Assembly: GCA_040349255.1 (NCBI GenBank)
Contig: JBEQUE010000005.1
Span: 2,746-66,745, forward strand
Source: Acidobacteriota bacterium
GTDB taxonomy: Bacteria; Acidobacteriota; Thermoanaerobaculia; Multivoradales; UBA5704
Direction of reading: 5' to 3'
Length of the DNA stretch: 64,000 bases
Of this stretch, positions 42,817-52,303 are shown in pieces. The position numbers and the translations under genes were made by a program. The notes under the pieces are model-generated. The model was not told the DNA's origin. It saw only the letters and a program-made list of their open reading frames with translations, and did not search any database. Every line of letters begins with the position of its first letter. Positions within the stretch are counted from its first letter, which is position 1.

Positions 42817-44930
42817 CCCGCCCGCGAGCCCCGAAGCACCACGACGCGCTCTCCGACGCCGAGAAGCGCGACCTGATCGAGCTGATCCAGCAGGGCAAGC
42901 CGCTGCCCGAGCGGTACCGCTTCCTGCTCTTCGAGGACAAGCGCGAGGTGGAGCTGGTCTGGAACGGCAAGACGCGGGACGTCTGCACGACCGTGCTCCC
43001 CTTCCAGAGCCTGGAGCACGTGGACGAGCCGCGCGAGGAGACGCGGGCGCAGCAGGAGCTTTTCGATTCCCGCGGGCGGCAGCTCGCGGGCTGGACCAAC
43101 AAGCTGATCTGGGGCGACAACCGGCTGATCCTCTCGTCTCTGAAGAGCGGACCCCTGCGCGAGCAGATCGAGGAGGCCGGCGGCCTCAAGCTCATCTACA
43201 TCGATCCGCCCTTCGACGTCGGCGCCGACTTCTCCATGGACATCGAGATCGGCGGCGAGACCTTTCACAAGGAGCCCAACCTCCTCGAGCAGATCGCCTA
43301 CCGCGACACCTGGGGCCGCGGCGCCGACAGCTTCATCAGCATGATCTCGGAGCGCCTGATCCTCATGCGGGACCTGCTGGCCGACGACGGCACTATCTTC
43401 GTGCACTGCGACTGGCGCGTGAGCGGCTACCTGCGCCTGGTGCTCGACGAGATCTTCGGCCGTGAGTCCCTCCGCAACCACATCCTGTGGCTTTACAGCG
43501 GAGGGGGCATCCCGACCACGGAGATGCCGAAGAAGCACGACGACATCTTCTGGTATTCGAAAGGCGACCGCTGGCAGTACAACCCGGTCTACAGGAATTA
43601 CTCCGAGGGGACGATGCAGCGCGGCCGGACCGCCGTCAAGGGAGAGAACGCGGCGCTCCGGAGCGAAGGCACGCCGATCAACAACTGGTGGCCCGACGTC
43701 AAGAAGATCACCAGCCCCACCGATCCGGAAAAGCTTTACTATCCGACCCAGAAATCCGAGGAGCTGCTCGAGCGCGTGATCACGCTCGCCAGCCGGAAGG
43801 GCGACCTGGTCGCCGACTTCTTCTGCGGCTCCGGCACCACCGCGGCCGTGGCAGAAAAGCTGGGGCGCAAGTGGATCGCCGTCGATCTCGGGAAGTTCGC
43901 CGTCCACACCACGCGCAAGCGGCTGATCGGCGTGCAGCGGGAGCTCAAGGAGCAGGGCAAGCCGTTCCGGGCGTTCGAGGTGCTGAACCTGGGACGGTAC
44001 GAGCGCCAGGCCTATCTCCACGTCGGCGGACGTCTCACGCCGGAGCAGCGCGAGCAGGCGCTGGCGGCGAAGGAACGCGAGTTCCGCGAGCTGATCCTGC
44101 GGGCCTACAAGGCGCAGCCGCTCGAAGAGGCCTCGTTCTTCCACGGCCGGACCGCGGGGCGGCTCGTCGTCGTCGGCCCGATCAACCTCCCCGTCGGCCG
44201 CCTGTTCGTCGAGGAGGTCATCACCGAGTGCCGCAAGCGCGGCGCCACGCGGGTGGATCTGCTCGCCTTCGAGTTCGAAATGGGACTCTTTCCCGCGGTC
44301 CTCCAGGAGGCGCGGCAGAAGGGCATCGATCTCACCCCCAGGTACATTCCGGCGGAGGTCTTCGACAAGCGCGCCGTGGACCGGGGCCAGGTCGTCTTCT
44401 TCGACATCTCCTTCATCGAAGCGACGCCGCGCCACGACTCCCGGAACCGGTTCGCCCTCAAGATCGAGCTGACCGACTTCTCCGTTCACTACAACCAGGG
44501 CCAGGCCGAGGACCTCGTCAAGGCCATCCGGGAAGGTAAAAACGACGTCCTCTGCGAGCAGGGCCAGCTCGTCAAGGTGACGAAGGACCGGAACGGAGTC
44601 GTCGCGCGCGAGGTGCTGACCCGGACATGGACCGACTGGATCGACTACTGGGCCGTGGACTTCAACTACGAGAGCCGCAAGGAGATCATCCGGGTGCCCA
44701 GAGGCCAGGGCCAGGACGACTCCGGAAACGCCGAGCTCGAGGACCGCTGGACCGGCGGCTACCTCTTCGAGAACGAATGGCAGAGCTTCCGCACGCGGAA
44801 GAACCGCGAGCTCGAGCTCCTCACCGCCCGGCATCTCTACGACCGGCCCGGCCGCTACACCGTGGCCGTCAAGGTGATCGACATCTTCGGCAACGACACC
44901 ATGACCCTCGTGCCGGTCAACATCGGCTGA
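42812..44930 (+). CDS. mod: Type III R-M Mod subunit (N6/N4 DNA methyltransferase, beta class)
   Basis: Motif IV IYIDPPF and motif I DLVADFFCGSGTTAAVAEKLGRKWIAVD. The ATG at 42812 overlaps the res stop (ATGA). The N-terminal part of track ORF 42660..44930 is an out-of-gene extension. Confidence 0.9.
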
Positions 44931-44940
44931 ACAAGGGCTT

Positions 44941-45380
44941 CTCCACCACAACGTTGCCTCGTTCACCGCAACGTCGGCTTCTCCACCGCAACTCAAGCTT
45001 ACGTTGCGGTGAAGAAGGTGAAGTTGCGGCAACTCAAAACGTATTCACCGCAACCCGGGCTTGTTCACCGCAACCTAACGATACTTTGCCGCAACGTCGC
45101 TTTCTTCACCGCAACCTTACTCCATTTTGCCGCAAACTGGAGATATTCACCGCAACGTCGTCTTCTTCACCGCAATTCAAGCTTCTCTGCTGCAACTCAA
45201 GGCGAAATTGCCGCAACGTCTCCTTGTTCACCGCAACGTCATGTTCTTCACCGCAACGCCGGCTTCTCTGCCGCAACGCCGCCTTGTCTGCCGCAACCTG
45301 CTCCCAGGTTGCGGCAAAACCCGGAGATGCGGCGAGTCGCCTCGGTTTCTGCCGCAACTTGCGGAGATTTGCCGCAACCT
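44941..45380. repeat. Phased tandem array 2: about 21 units of 20-21 bp, core (T)TCACCGCAAC / (T)TGCCGCAAC(GTC)
   Basis: Eighteen direct cores end at 44952, 44972, 44992, 45054, 45074, 45095, 45115, 45136, 45156, 45176, 45196, 45217, 45237, 45257, 45277, 45297, 45358 and 45378. Three inverted cores (GTTGCGG) lie at 45003, 45023 and 45307 and keep the same phase. The array starts about 10 nt after the mod stop and ends about 20 nt before the next ATG. Confidence 0.9.
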
Positions 45381-45397
45381 CATGATATCCTCCCTGC

Positions 45398-45904
45398 ATG
45401 AGCTCGAAGCTGTCGGTGGAGCAGATCCTGGCGAACCTGTCGCAGCGCGCGGCCCTTCATCGCAACAAGGAAGCCTTCCACGCACAGCAGGAGATCCATC
45501 ACCGGGAGCAACGGGCGCTCCATGCCGCCGAGCTCGCCAAGGTGGAGCAAAGCCTGGAGGCCCTTCAGGCCGTCGTGCCGTCCGCGATCGAGCTCGCCGC
45601 TCCGGTCCGGACCTCGCCGGCTCCGGCGATCTCGCAGGTAGCCCTGCCGGCCGAGGGACGCCTGATGGTCAGCCGGTTGCTGCGGCAGATCGCCCTGAGC
45701 CCCGACCTGGCCGAGCCGTTCGGCCCGACCTCGCTGGTCGCGGCGGCCAATCGCGCCTTTGCGGACCGCCTGCCCCGGCCGGTCGGACCGAGGACGGCTT
45801 CGGACGTGCTGCGCCGCATGCTCGCCGCCGGCGAGATCCAGCTCGCCCGCGACGGCAAGGCGTTTCACGAAGCCCTGTACGTCCGGAGGCCCGGGAAGGG
45901 CTGA
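45398..45904 (+). CDS. Hypothetical protein (168 aa), helical N-terminus, possible winged-helix-like C-terminus
   Basis: The ORF lies just downstream of array 2. The N-terminal part has a coiled-coil-like composition. The C-terminal ASDVLRRMLAAGEIQLARDGKAFHEALYVRR resembles a wHTH recognition helix plus wing. There is no SD, and no family was recognised. Confidence 0.5.
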   Translation: MSSKLSVEQILANLSQRAALHRNKEAFHAQQEIHHREQRALHAAELAKVEQSLEALQAVVPSAIELAAPVRTSPAPAISQVALPAEGRLMVSRLLRQIALSPDLAEPFGPTSLVAAANRAFADRLPRPVGPRTASDVLRRMLAAGEIQLARDGKAFHEALYVRRPGKG

Positions 45905-45906
45905 TC

Positions 45907-46470
45907 CTACCCCGCTGCCTCGTAGGCCTGCCGGATCCAGGCGACGAGCTCCGGATCGACCTCGGCGGCGTCGGCGACGTTCACCTTGTACTGGCACATG
46001 CCTCCGGCAGGCATGGCCAGGAGGCGCGGCGTCGCTTCGGCCCCTTTCATGTTCAGCCCCACTTCGACGCGCGTCTTCGTGGCCGGGCCGATCATGGCGA
46101 ACTGCTTCTTGCGCCGCAGGCTGACATAGCCCTTCTTGGGAGCGATCTCGAACGGTCCGAAGGCGTCGATGGCGGCCATGAGCCGGTCATGGATCGGCCG
46201 CAGGCCGGCCTTGCCGCCCGAGTAGATCTCGTCCAGGACGTCTCCGGAAGCCGCCGGCGCCGGGGCGCCTTCGGCAGCCTTCAGATACCTCTGCGTGAGA
46301 GTATTGGCATCCCCATGCCCCAGGCCGAGACTGCTCTTGAGCCAGTCGCGGATCTCGCCATGCTTCTGGAGGCCGCTCTCACGAACCAGGCTGAAAAGCT
46401 CGTCCAGGGACTTGCCGGTCTTTGCCTGGATGTTCCTGAGTTGGGTCTCAAACGCCTTGTCTACGTCCAT
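45907..46470 (-). CDS. DUF4287/DUF5655-like protein
   Basis: Start at MDVDKAFETQLRNIQAKTGKSLDELFSLV (preceded by GAGGAG). The C-terminal part is KKGYVSLRRKKQFAMIGPATKTRVEVGLNMKG. The longer track ORF 45907..46770 is an upstream extension. Confidence 0.65.
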   Translation of the reverse strand: MDVDKAFETQLRNIQAKTGKSLDELFSLVRESGLQKHGEIRDWLKSSLGLGHGDANTLTQRYLKAAEGAPAPAASGDVLDEIYSGGKAGLRPIHDRLMAAIDAFGPFEIAPKKGYVSLRRKKQFAMIGPATKTRVEVGLNMKGAEATPRLLAMPAGGMCQYKVNVADAAEVDPELVAWIRQAYEAAG

Positions 46471-46786
46471 GGATCTCCTCATCAAGAAATCCGAGCTCTG
46501 AGCCGACAAACCCGGCTGTCCCCTCAGGACCGGAGAGCTCGAGCCAGACCGGTCCTCCGTCGGGAAGGACATCGAGCCTGAAATGGAGGAAGCGGCAGCA
46601 CTGTCGCTCCAGCTCGATGACGCGGGCGATGTCCGCGAGGACGCCCGGCGCGGCTTCGAAGCGGAGGCGAATCCCGTTCTCGATCGCCAGCGCCTCGGCG
46701 CACCGGGCCCGCAGCGCGGCCAGGACCTCACGGCGCTGGTCAAGCTCGGCAGCGGTGAGAGAGCAGGCAATGGGGATGTCGGTCAT
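46448..46786 (-). CDS. Hypothetical small protein (112 aa, CC motif)
   Basis: MTDIPIACSLTAAELDQRREVLAALRARC ... ELERQCCRFLHFRL. The composition looks coding, but no domain was recognised. Confidence 0.4.
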   Translation of the reverse strand: MTDIPIACSLTAAELDQRREVLAALRARCAEALAIENGIRLRFEAAPGVLADIARVIELERQCCRFLHFRLDVLPDGGPVWLELSGPEGTAGFVGSELGFLDEEIHGRRQGV

Positions 46787-46795
46787 GGTTTCAAC

Positions 46796-48415
46796 TCAAT
46801 CCTGGATCGACCGGTCCTTGGTCTCCCGCAAAAACAGCGCGCCGACCACGACCGTCATCAGCGCCACCACGACCGGATACCACAGGCCGGCGTAGATGTT
46901 CCCGGCGCGCGCCACCATGGCGGTGGCGAGGAGCGGCAGCATGCCTCCGAACCAGCCATTGCCGATGTGGTAGGGCAAGGACATCGAGGTGTAGCGGATG
47001 CGGGTCGGGAACAGCTCGACCAGGAAGGCCGCGATCGGGCCGTAGACCATGGTCACGTAGAGGACCATGACGGTCAGGATCAATACGGTCATCCCGTAGT
47101 TGATCCGCGACTTGTCCACCTCGGCCGGATAGCCGGTCTGCGCCAGCGCTTCCTTGTAGCGGGCCTCGTCCCAGCCGGCCAGCTCGACACCGCCGAGATG
47201 GGTCAAAACCGACTGGCCGCCGTCCGCGGACACCGCCGGCAGCGACTCGAAGGACAGGCCCGACTTGGTCAGGAAGTCCTTCGCCCGGTCGCAGTCCGTG
47301 AACCTCGTCTTCGGGCCGGCGAAGACGTGAAAGCTGCAATCGCTCGCGGCGACCGTGATCGGATGAGCCGCGTTGTACTCCTCCAGCCCCGGGTTCACGG
47401 CATGGGTCAGCGCCTTGAAGAGCGGGAAGTAGGTAAGCGCGGCGAGCAGGCAGCCGGCGAGGATGATCTTCAGCCGGCCGATGCGGTCCGAGAGCTTGCC
47501 GAACACGATGAAGAACGGCGTTCCCAGGACCAGCGAGATCCCGACCACGGTGTAGGCCGTGAGGTAGTCGAGCTTGAGCGAAATGGTGAGGAAGAAGAGC
47601 GCGTAGAACTGGCCCGTGTACCAGACGACGCCCTGCCCGGCGGTCGCTCCGAGCAGCGCGAGCAGCACGTACTTGTTGTTCGGGTAGTGCAGGAAGCTCT
47701 CGCGCAGCGGCGACTTCGAACCCCTGCCCTCCGCCTTCATCTGGCGGAAGACCGGCGACTCCTCCAGCTTGAGCCGGATGTAGACCGAGACGGCCAGCAG
47801 CACGAGCGAGACCAGGAACGGGATCCGCCAGCCCCAGCTCGTGAAGGTCTCGGCCGGCATCAGGCCTCGGCAGGTGCCGATCACGAACAGCGACAGGAAG
47901 AAGCCGATCGTCGCGGTGGTCTGGATCCAGCTCGTCGCGGCTCCGCGGTTGCGGTCCGAGGCGTGCTCGGCGACATAGGTTGCGGCACCGCCGTACTCGC
48001 CGCCGAGCGCGAGCCCCTGGAGCAGCCGGAGGGTGACCAGGATGACCGGCGCCGCCATTCCGATCGACTCGTAGGTGGGCAGCAGGCCGACCCCGAAGGT
48101 CGAGACGCCCATGACGACGATGGTCAACAGGAAGGTGTGCTTCCGGCCGGCCAGGTCGCCCAGCCGTCCGAAGACCAGCGCGCCGAACGGCCGCACCAGG
48201 AAGCCGGCGGCATAGGTCGCGAACGCCGAGAGCAGCGCCGCGGTCTCGTTGCTCTTCGGGAAGAAGAGAGCCGCGAAGAACGGCGCCAGCGTGGCATACA
48301 GGTAGAAGTCGTACCACTCGAAGACCGTGCCGAGCGACGAGGCGAAGATGACCCTCCGCTCGTCGGCCCGCGAGATCGAGACGAGGGGGGACGGCGTCTG
48401 GGGTTCCGCGGCCAT
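46796..48415 (-). CDS. MFS transporter, metabolite:H+ symporter (MHS) type
   Basis: GTVFEWYDFYLYATLAPFF, LVRPFGALVFGRLGDLAGRK, and about 12 TM helices with an insertion in the central loop. Confidence 0.9.
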   Translation of the reverse strand: MAAEPQTPSPLVSISRADERRVIFASSLGTVFEWYDFYLYATLAPFFAALFFPKSNETAALLSAFATYAAGFLVRPFGALVFGRLGDLAGRKHTFLLTIVVMGVSTFGVGLLPTYESIGMAAPVILVTLRLLQGLALGGEYGGAATYVAEHASDRNRGAATSWIQTTATIGFFLSLFVIGTCRGLMPAETFTSWGWRIPFLVSLVLLAVSVYIRLKLEESPVFRQMKAEGRGSKSPLRESFLHYPNNKYVLLALLGATAGQGVVWYTGQFYALFFLTISLKLDYLTAYTVVGISLVLGTPFFIVFGKLSDRIGRLKIILAGCLLAALTYFPLFKALTHAVNPGLEEYNAAHPITVAASDCSFHVFAGPKTRFTDCDRAKDFLTKSGLSFESLPAVSADGGQSVLTHLGGVELAGWDEARYKEALAQTGYPAEVDKSRINYGMTVLILTVMVLYVTMVYGPIAAFLVELFPTRIRYTSMSLPYHIGNGWFGGMLPLLATAMVARAGNIYAGLWYPVVVALMTVVVGALFLRETKDRSIQD

Positions 48416-48610
48416 CGGGCTCCTCCCGGATTGGATGCCGGAAGGATACCAGCATCGGCTCTCTCCCGCGGCGGCCGCCCCGGGTGTAACGCGGCGCTTC
48501 CCGAATCGCCTACCTGCCGGAGAGCGCTGTGACCTGCTTCACAACGGAGCTCTGCCGGTCGTGAGACGCTACCGGCGCCAACTCAGCAGTCCTGATCAAA
48601 GGAGCCGCTC

Positions 48611-49246
48611 ATGAAGCGCATGATGACTTTCGGGTTGTTCCTGCTGTGCCTCGCAGCGTCGCCCCTCCACGCCCAGTCCTCGGCCCGGGGCAGCGCCCGG
48701 TTCGTGATGCAGGACGGTCTGAGCAAGACTGTGGAGTTCTCGGCCAGCAGGGACGAGAAGGGGAAGACGACCGGCTCGTTGACCTTCTCCGACGAAGCCA
48801 AGGTCCCGGACTCCGACGATCCCGAGGGTAGCGGCGACTCCTTTACGCTTTCCTTGAAGGCGCAGCTCGACGACTCGACGTTCGAGAAGAACAGGGCCAT
48901 CCTGAGCGGCACGGTCCTCGACTCCAACCACAAGACCTTCATCGGCCAACGGGTGCAGTTCGTCCTGGAAGACAACGGCAACGACCCCAAGGTGCCGGAC
49001 CAGTTGACCTGGATGTTCTGCGCCCGGAGCGCCGGAGGTTGGATTCCGTCCGACGCGGAGCTGCCTTACGACGACGGCGCGTTCCTGCACTGGTGGGCCA
49101 CCGATGCGGAGCGCGACGACGACGTCGGGATCCCTTCGGTCGATCTCCTTCCGAAAGAAGGGGTGTCGTGTCCGGTCTGGCCGATCTGGTGGTACACCTT
49201 CGCCGAGCTGTGGAAGTGGGAGGGCGACATCATCGTCGAGTCCTGA
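48611..49246 (+). CDS. Secreted hypothetical protein (211 aa, acidic, Trp-rich C-terminus)
   Basis: An AAAGGAG SD and the signal peptide MKRMMTFGLFLLCLAASPLHA. The C-terminus is CPVWPIWWYTFAELWKWEGDIIVES. GC is visibly lower than in neighbouring genes. Confidence 0.6.
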   Translation: MKRMMTFGLFLLCLAASPLHAQSSARGSARFVMQDGLSKTVEFSASRDEKGKTTGSLTFSDEAKVPDSDDPEGSGDSFTLSLKAQLDDSTFEKNRAILSGTVLDSNHKTFIGQRVQFVLEDNGNDPKVPDQLTWMFCARSAGGWIPSDAELPYDDGAFLHWWATDAERDDDVGIPSVDLLPKEGVSCPVWPIWWYTFAELWKWEGDIIVES

Positions 49247-49293
49247 AAAGCATCTCAGGGCACGAGCAACACCTTGCCCCGAGGCCCGGACGC

Positions 49294-49824
49294 CTACGGA
49301 CGGCGGCTCAGGATCGAGAGGTACGCGCGCCAGACGCCGACCTCCTCCGTGTACCGCCCGGCCATGACCCGGACGATCTGGGCGACGTGGTTCAGGTCGT
49401 GGACGGCCCACGTGGCCAGGAGCTGCTGCAGATCGACCGCGCCGAGCTCGGGGTGGCGGCCGGGCAGCGCCAGTTGAGCCTCGCCGAGCCGCCAGCCTCG
49501 GACGATGTCGAGGTTCTCCCGGCGAAGCTCCGCGAAGCGGTCGAGGAGCTGGTCCAACGACCAGCCGGCGAAACGATCGAGCTGGGCGAAGCGGTCGAAG
49601 GGCTCGAACGGCCGGTCCGCGCCGTGCTCCAGGATGATCCGGGCGCGAGGGACCCAGTCGGTCTCCTCGCCGTGGATGAGGTGGCCCACCACGTCGAACG
49701 CGGTCCAGGTGTCGGGACCTTCGTCGACGGCGTGCCAGGAGGCGCTCGTGCCGCGGAGGAGCGCGTCCACTGCGGCGGGAGTGCGCTCCAGGATGTCGAG
49801 TGTCTCGGAAAGGTCGAAGCTCAA
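49294..49824 (-). CDS. DinB-superfamily protein
   Basis: A four-helix metal-binding pattern with His residues ([18 protein letters not shown] ... [12 protein letters not shown]). Confidence 0.8.
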   Translation of the reverse strand: MSFDLSETLDILERTPAAVDALLRGTSASWHAVDEGPDTWTAFDVVGHLIHGEETDWVPRARIILEHGADRPFEPFDRFAQLDRFAGWSLDQLLDRFAELRRENLDIVRGWRLGEAQLALPGRHPELGAVDLQQLLATWAVHDLNHVAQIVRVMAGRYTEEVGVWRAYLSILSRRP

Positions 49825-50789
49825 GGCAGGAGCAGCACCTTTCCCGTCGTCGTCCGGCCTTCGAGGGCGCGGTGGGCCTCGGCGGCTTCGCGGAGCGGCA
49901 GCTCGAGGCCGATGCGCAGCTTGAGCTTCCCTTCCCGGATCCAGCCGAGGACGTCGTTGGCCCGCGACGCGAGCTCGTCCCTCGTCACGATGTAGTGGAA
50001 CAGGGACGGCCGCGTGAGATAGAGCGAGCCCTTGCCGTTCAGGATGCCCGGATCGAAGGGCGGAACCGGTCCGCTCGCCTGTCCGAAGAGAGCCATCACG
50101 CCGCGGCGGGCCAGGGAGTCGAGGCTCTTGTCGAACGTCGCCCGGCCCACGCCGTCGTAGACCGCCTGGACACCCTGGCCGTCCGTAAGGCGCCGGACCT
50201 CGGCCGCGAAGTCCTGTTTGTCGTAGAAGATCACCTCGTCGGCGCCGGCTTCGCGGGCGAGCCGCGCCTTCTCCTCCGTGGAGGTGGTGGCGAGGACGCG
50301 GGCGCCCCGCAGCTTCGCGATCTGGCAGAGGAGCAGACCGACTCCGCCGGCCGCGGCATGGACCAGACAGGTATCGCCGGGCTTGAGAGGATACGTGGAG
50401 CAGGCGAGATAGTGCGCCGTCATGCCCTGCAGCATGGCCGCGGCGCCATCGCGGGCGTTCAGGCCCTCGGGAAGCTTGACCAGGCGCTCCGCCGGCACCG
50501 CGGCCTTCTCGGCGTAGGCACCCATCACGCCGGCATAGGCGACCCGGTCGCCGACCGCCAGACCGGTCACTCCCGGCCCAACCGCCTCGACCGTGCCGGC
50601 CGCCTCCTGGCCGAGGGTGAACGGCAAGGGGACCTTGTAGAGGCCCGTCCGGTGATAGACGTCGATGAAGTTGACGCCGATCGCCTCGACGCGGACCAGC
50701 GCCTGGCCTTCCGCCGGGACCGGGTCCGGGATGTCCTCGTACCGGAGAACTTCGGGACCTCCGGGAGACTCGACTCGGATCGCTTTCAT
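49821..50789 (-). CDS. qor: NADPH:quinone oxidoreductase (zeta-crystallin type MDR)
   Basis: [50 protein letters not shown] and a C-terminal GKVLL. Confidence 0.9.
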   Translation of the reverse strand: MKAIRVESPGGPEVLRYEDIPDPVPAEGQALVRVEAIGVNFIDVYHRTGLYKVPLPFTLGQEAAGTVEAVGPGVTGLAVGDRVAYAGVMGAYAEKAAVPAERLVKLPEGLNARDGAAAMLQGMTAHYLACSTYPLKPGDTCLVHAAAGGVGLLLCQIAKLRGARVLATTSTEEKARLAREAGADEVIFYDKQDFAAEVRRLTDGQGVQAVYDGVGRATFDKSLDSLARRGVMALFGQASGPVPPFDPGILNGKGSLYLTRPSLFHYIVTRDELASRANDVLGWIREGKLKLRIGLELPLREAAEAHRALEGRTTTGKVLLLP

Positions 50790-50813
50790 GGCTGCCCTCC
50801 TCCGCCGCGCATC

Positions 50814-51434
50814 TTAGTAGAGAGTCGAGCGTTGCCGCTCCTGGAGCCCCTGATCGTACGCCTCGCCGTCGATCTCCCGGTCCGAGAGAGCGGCGAGAAT
50901 CTGGCCGGCGGAGGGCACCGTTTCCAGGATTTCGGCGGACAGCTTACCCCACAGGTTGGAGCGGTGTACGGCTCGCGCGCACTGGAAGTACACCGCCTCG
51001 ACCGTGATCACGAGAACGCACCGGGGCGGCGCGCCCTGCACGGAGAACCGCTGGAGCAGATCGGGAGCGACCGAGATGCTGGCCTTGCCGTTGACCCGCA
51101 GCGTCTCTCCGACGCCCGGGATCAGGAAGAGGAGGGCAACCCGCGGATCGCCGAGGATGTTCCGGAGGCTGTCGATCCGGTTGTTGCCGCGGCGCTCGGG
51201 CAGCAGCAGGGTGCGCTCGTCCTGCACCGCCACGAAACCCGGCGCGTCGCCGCGCGGCGAGGCATCCAGTCCACCCGGGCCCACCGTCGAGAGCACCGCG
51301 AACGGCGAGGCGGCGATCAGGGCCTGGTAGACCGGATGGAGGTACGGCACCTCCTTGCGCAGCGCGGCTTCGGAGACCGGTCCGAACAGGGCTTCCAGCT
51401 CGGCCAGCGTGCCGAGGATGTGGGGATGTTCCAT
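50814..51434 (-). CDS. Pyridoxamine 5'-phosphate oxidase-family (FMN-binding split-barrel) protein
   Basis: FAVLSTVGPGGLDASPRGDAPGFV ... LLLPERRGNNRIDSLRNI ... VGETLRVNGKA is typical of the PPOX-type flavoprotein group. Confidence 0.8.
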   Translation of the reverse strand: MEHPHILGTLAELEALFGPVSEAALRKEVPYLHPVYQALIAASPFAVLSTVGPGGLDASPRGDAPGFVAVQDERTLLLPERRGNNRIDSLRNILGDPRVALLFLIPGVGETLRVNGKASISVAPDLLQRFSVQGAPPRCVLVITVEAVYFQCARAVHRSNLWGKLSAEILETVPSAGQILAALSDREIDGEAYDQGLQERQRSTLY

Positions 51435-51436
51435 GG

Positions 51437-52303
51437 TCAGGTCCGGACGTCCAGCGCCACGTCGAGCGCCGGCGAGCTGTGGGTGAGCCAGCCGACGGAG
51501 ATCATGTCCACGCCGGTGGCGGCGACCGCTGGCGCCGTCTGCGGCGTGATGCCGCCGGAGGCTTCGGTCAGGGCCTTGCCTTTGGCGAGGGCCACGGCCT
51601 CTCTCAGGGTCTCGATCGACATGTTGTCCAGGAGGACGACGTCGACTCCCAGGTCCAAGGCTTCGCGGAGCTGGTCCAGGGAGTCCACCTCCAGCTCGAT
51701 CTTCACCAGGTGGCCGACGTAGGCGCGGGCGCGCTCCACGGCCGGACGGATGCCTCCGGCCAGGGCCACGTGGTTGTCCTTGATCAGGACGGCGTCGTCG
51801 AGGCCGAAGCGATGGTTGCTGCCGCCTCCGGCCTTGACCGCGTATTTCTCCAGCGCCCGCAGGCCGGGCGTGGTCTTGCGGGTGCAGACGATGCGCGTGC
51901 CGTGCGGCGCAACCAGCGCCACGAGGTCGCGGGTGGTGGTCGCCACGCCGCAGAGCCGGCCGAGAAGGTTGAGCGCAGTGCGTTCGGCCGAGAGGAGCGA
52001 GCGCGCCGGGCCTCGCACCACGGCCAGGGTCTCGCCCGCGGCGGCGTCCCGGCCGTCCCGCTTCTGAAACTCGATGTCCACCGTGGGATCGAGGATGCGG
52101 AAGGCGGAGACCGAGGCCTCCAGGCCTGCCACGCGGCCCGGTTTGCGGGACACGATCAGGGCTTCGGCCTTCAGGTCCGGCGGCAGGACCGCGTCGCTGG
52201 TCAGGTCGCCGGCCCGGCCGAGGTCCTCTTCGAGCGCCCGCCTCACGAGTGGCTCGTAGAGGAGGGGCGGGAGGGAGGCGAGCCGCGGCTCGGTCGCGCT
52301 CAC
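51437..52303 (-). CDS. nadC: Nicotinate-nucleotide pyrophosphorylase (carboxylating)
   Basis: LVRRALEEDLGRAGDLTS, CTRKTTPGLRALEKYAV, HRFGLDDAVLIKDNH, ASGGI. The GTG start at 52303 forms a GTGA overlap with the nadB stop. The track ORF is over-extended to 52603. Confidence 0.9.
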   Translation of the reverse strand: MSATEPRLASLPPLLYEPLVRRALEEDLGRAGDLTSDAVLPPDLKAEALIVSRKPGRVAGLEASVSAFRILDPTVDIEFQKRDGRDAAAGETLAVVRGPARSLLSAERTALNLLGRLCGVATTTRDLVALVAPHGTRIVCTRKTTPGLRALEKYAVKAGGGSNHRFGLDDAVLIKDNHVALAGGIRPAVERARAYVGHLVKIELEVDSLDQLREALDLGVDVVLLDNMSIETLREAVALAKGKALTEASGGITPQTAPAVAATGVDMISVGWLTHSSPALDVALDVRT

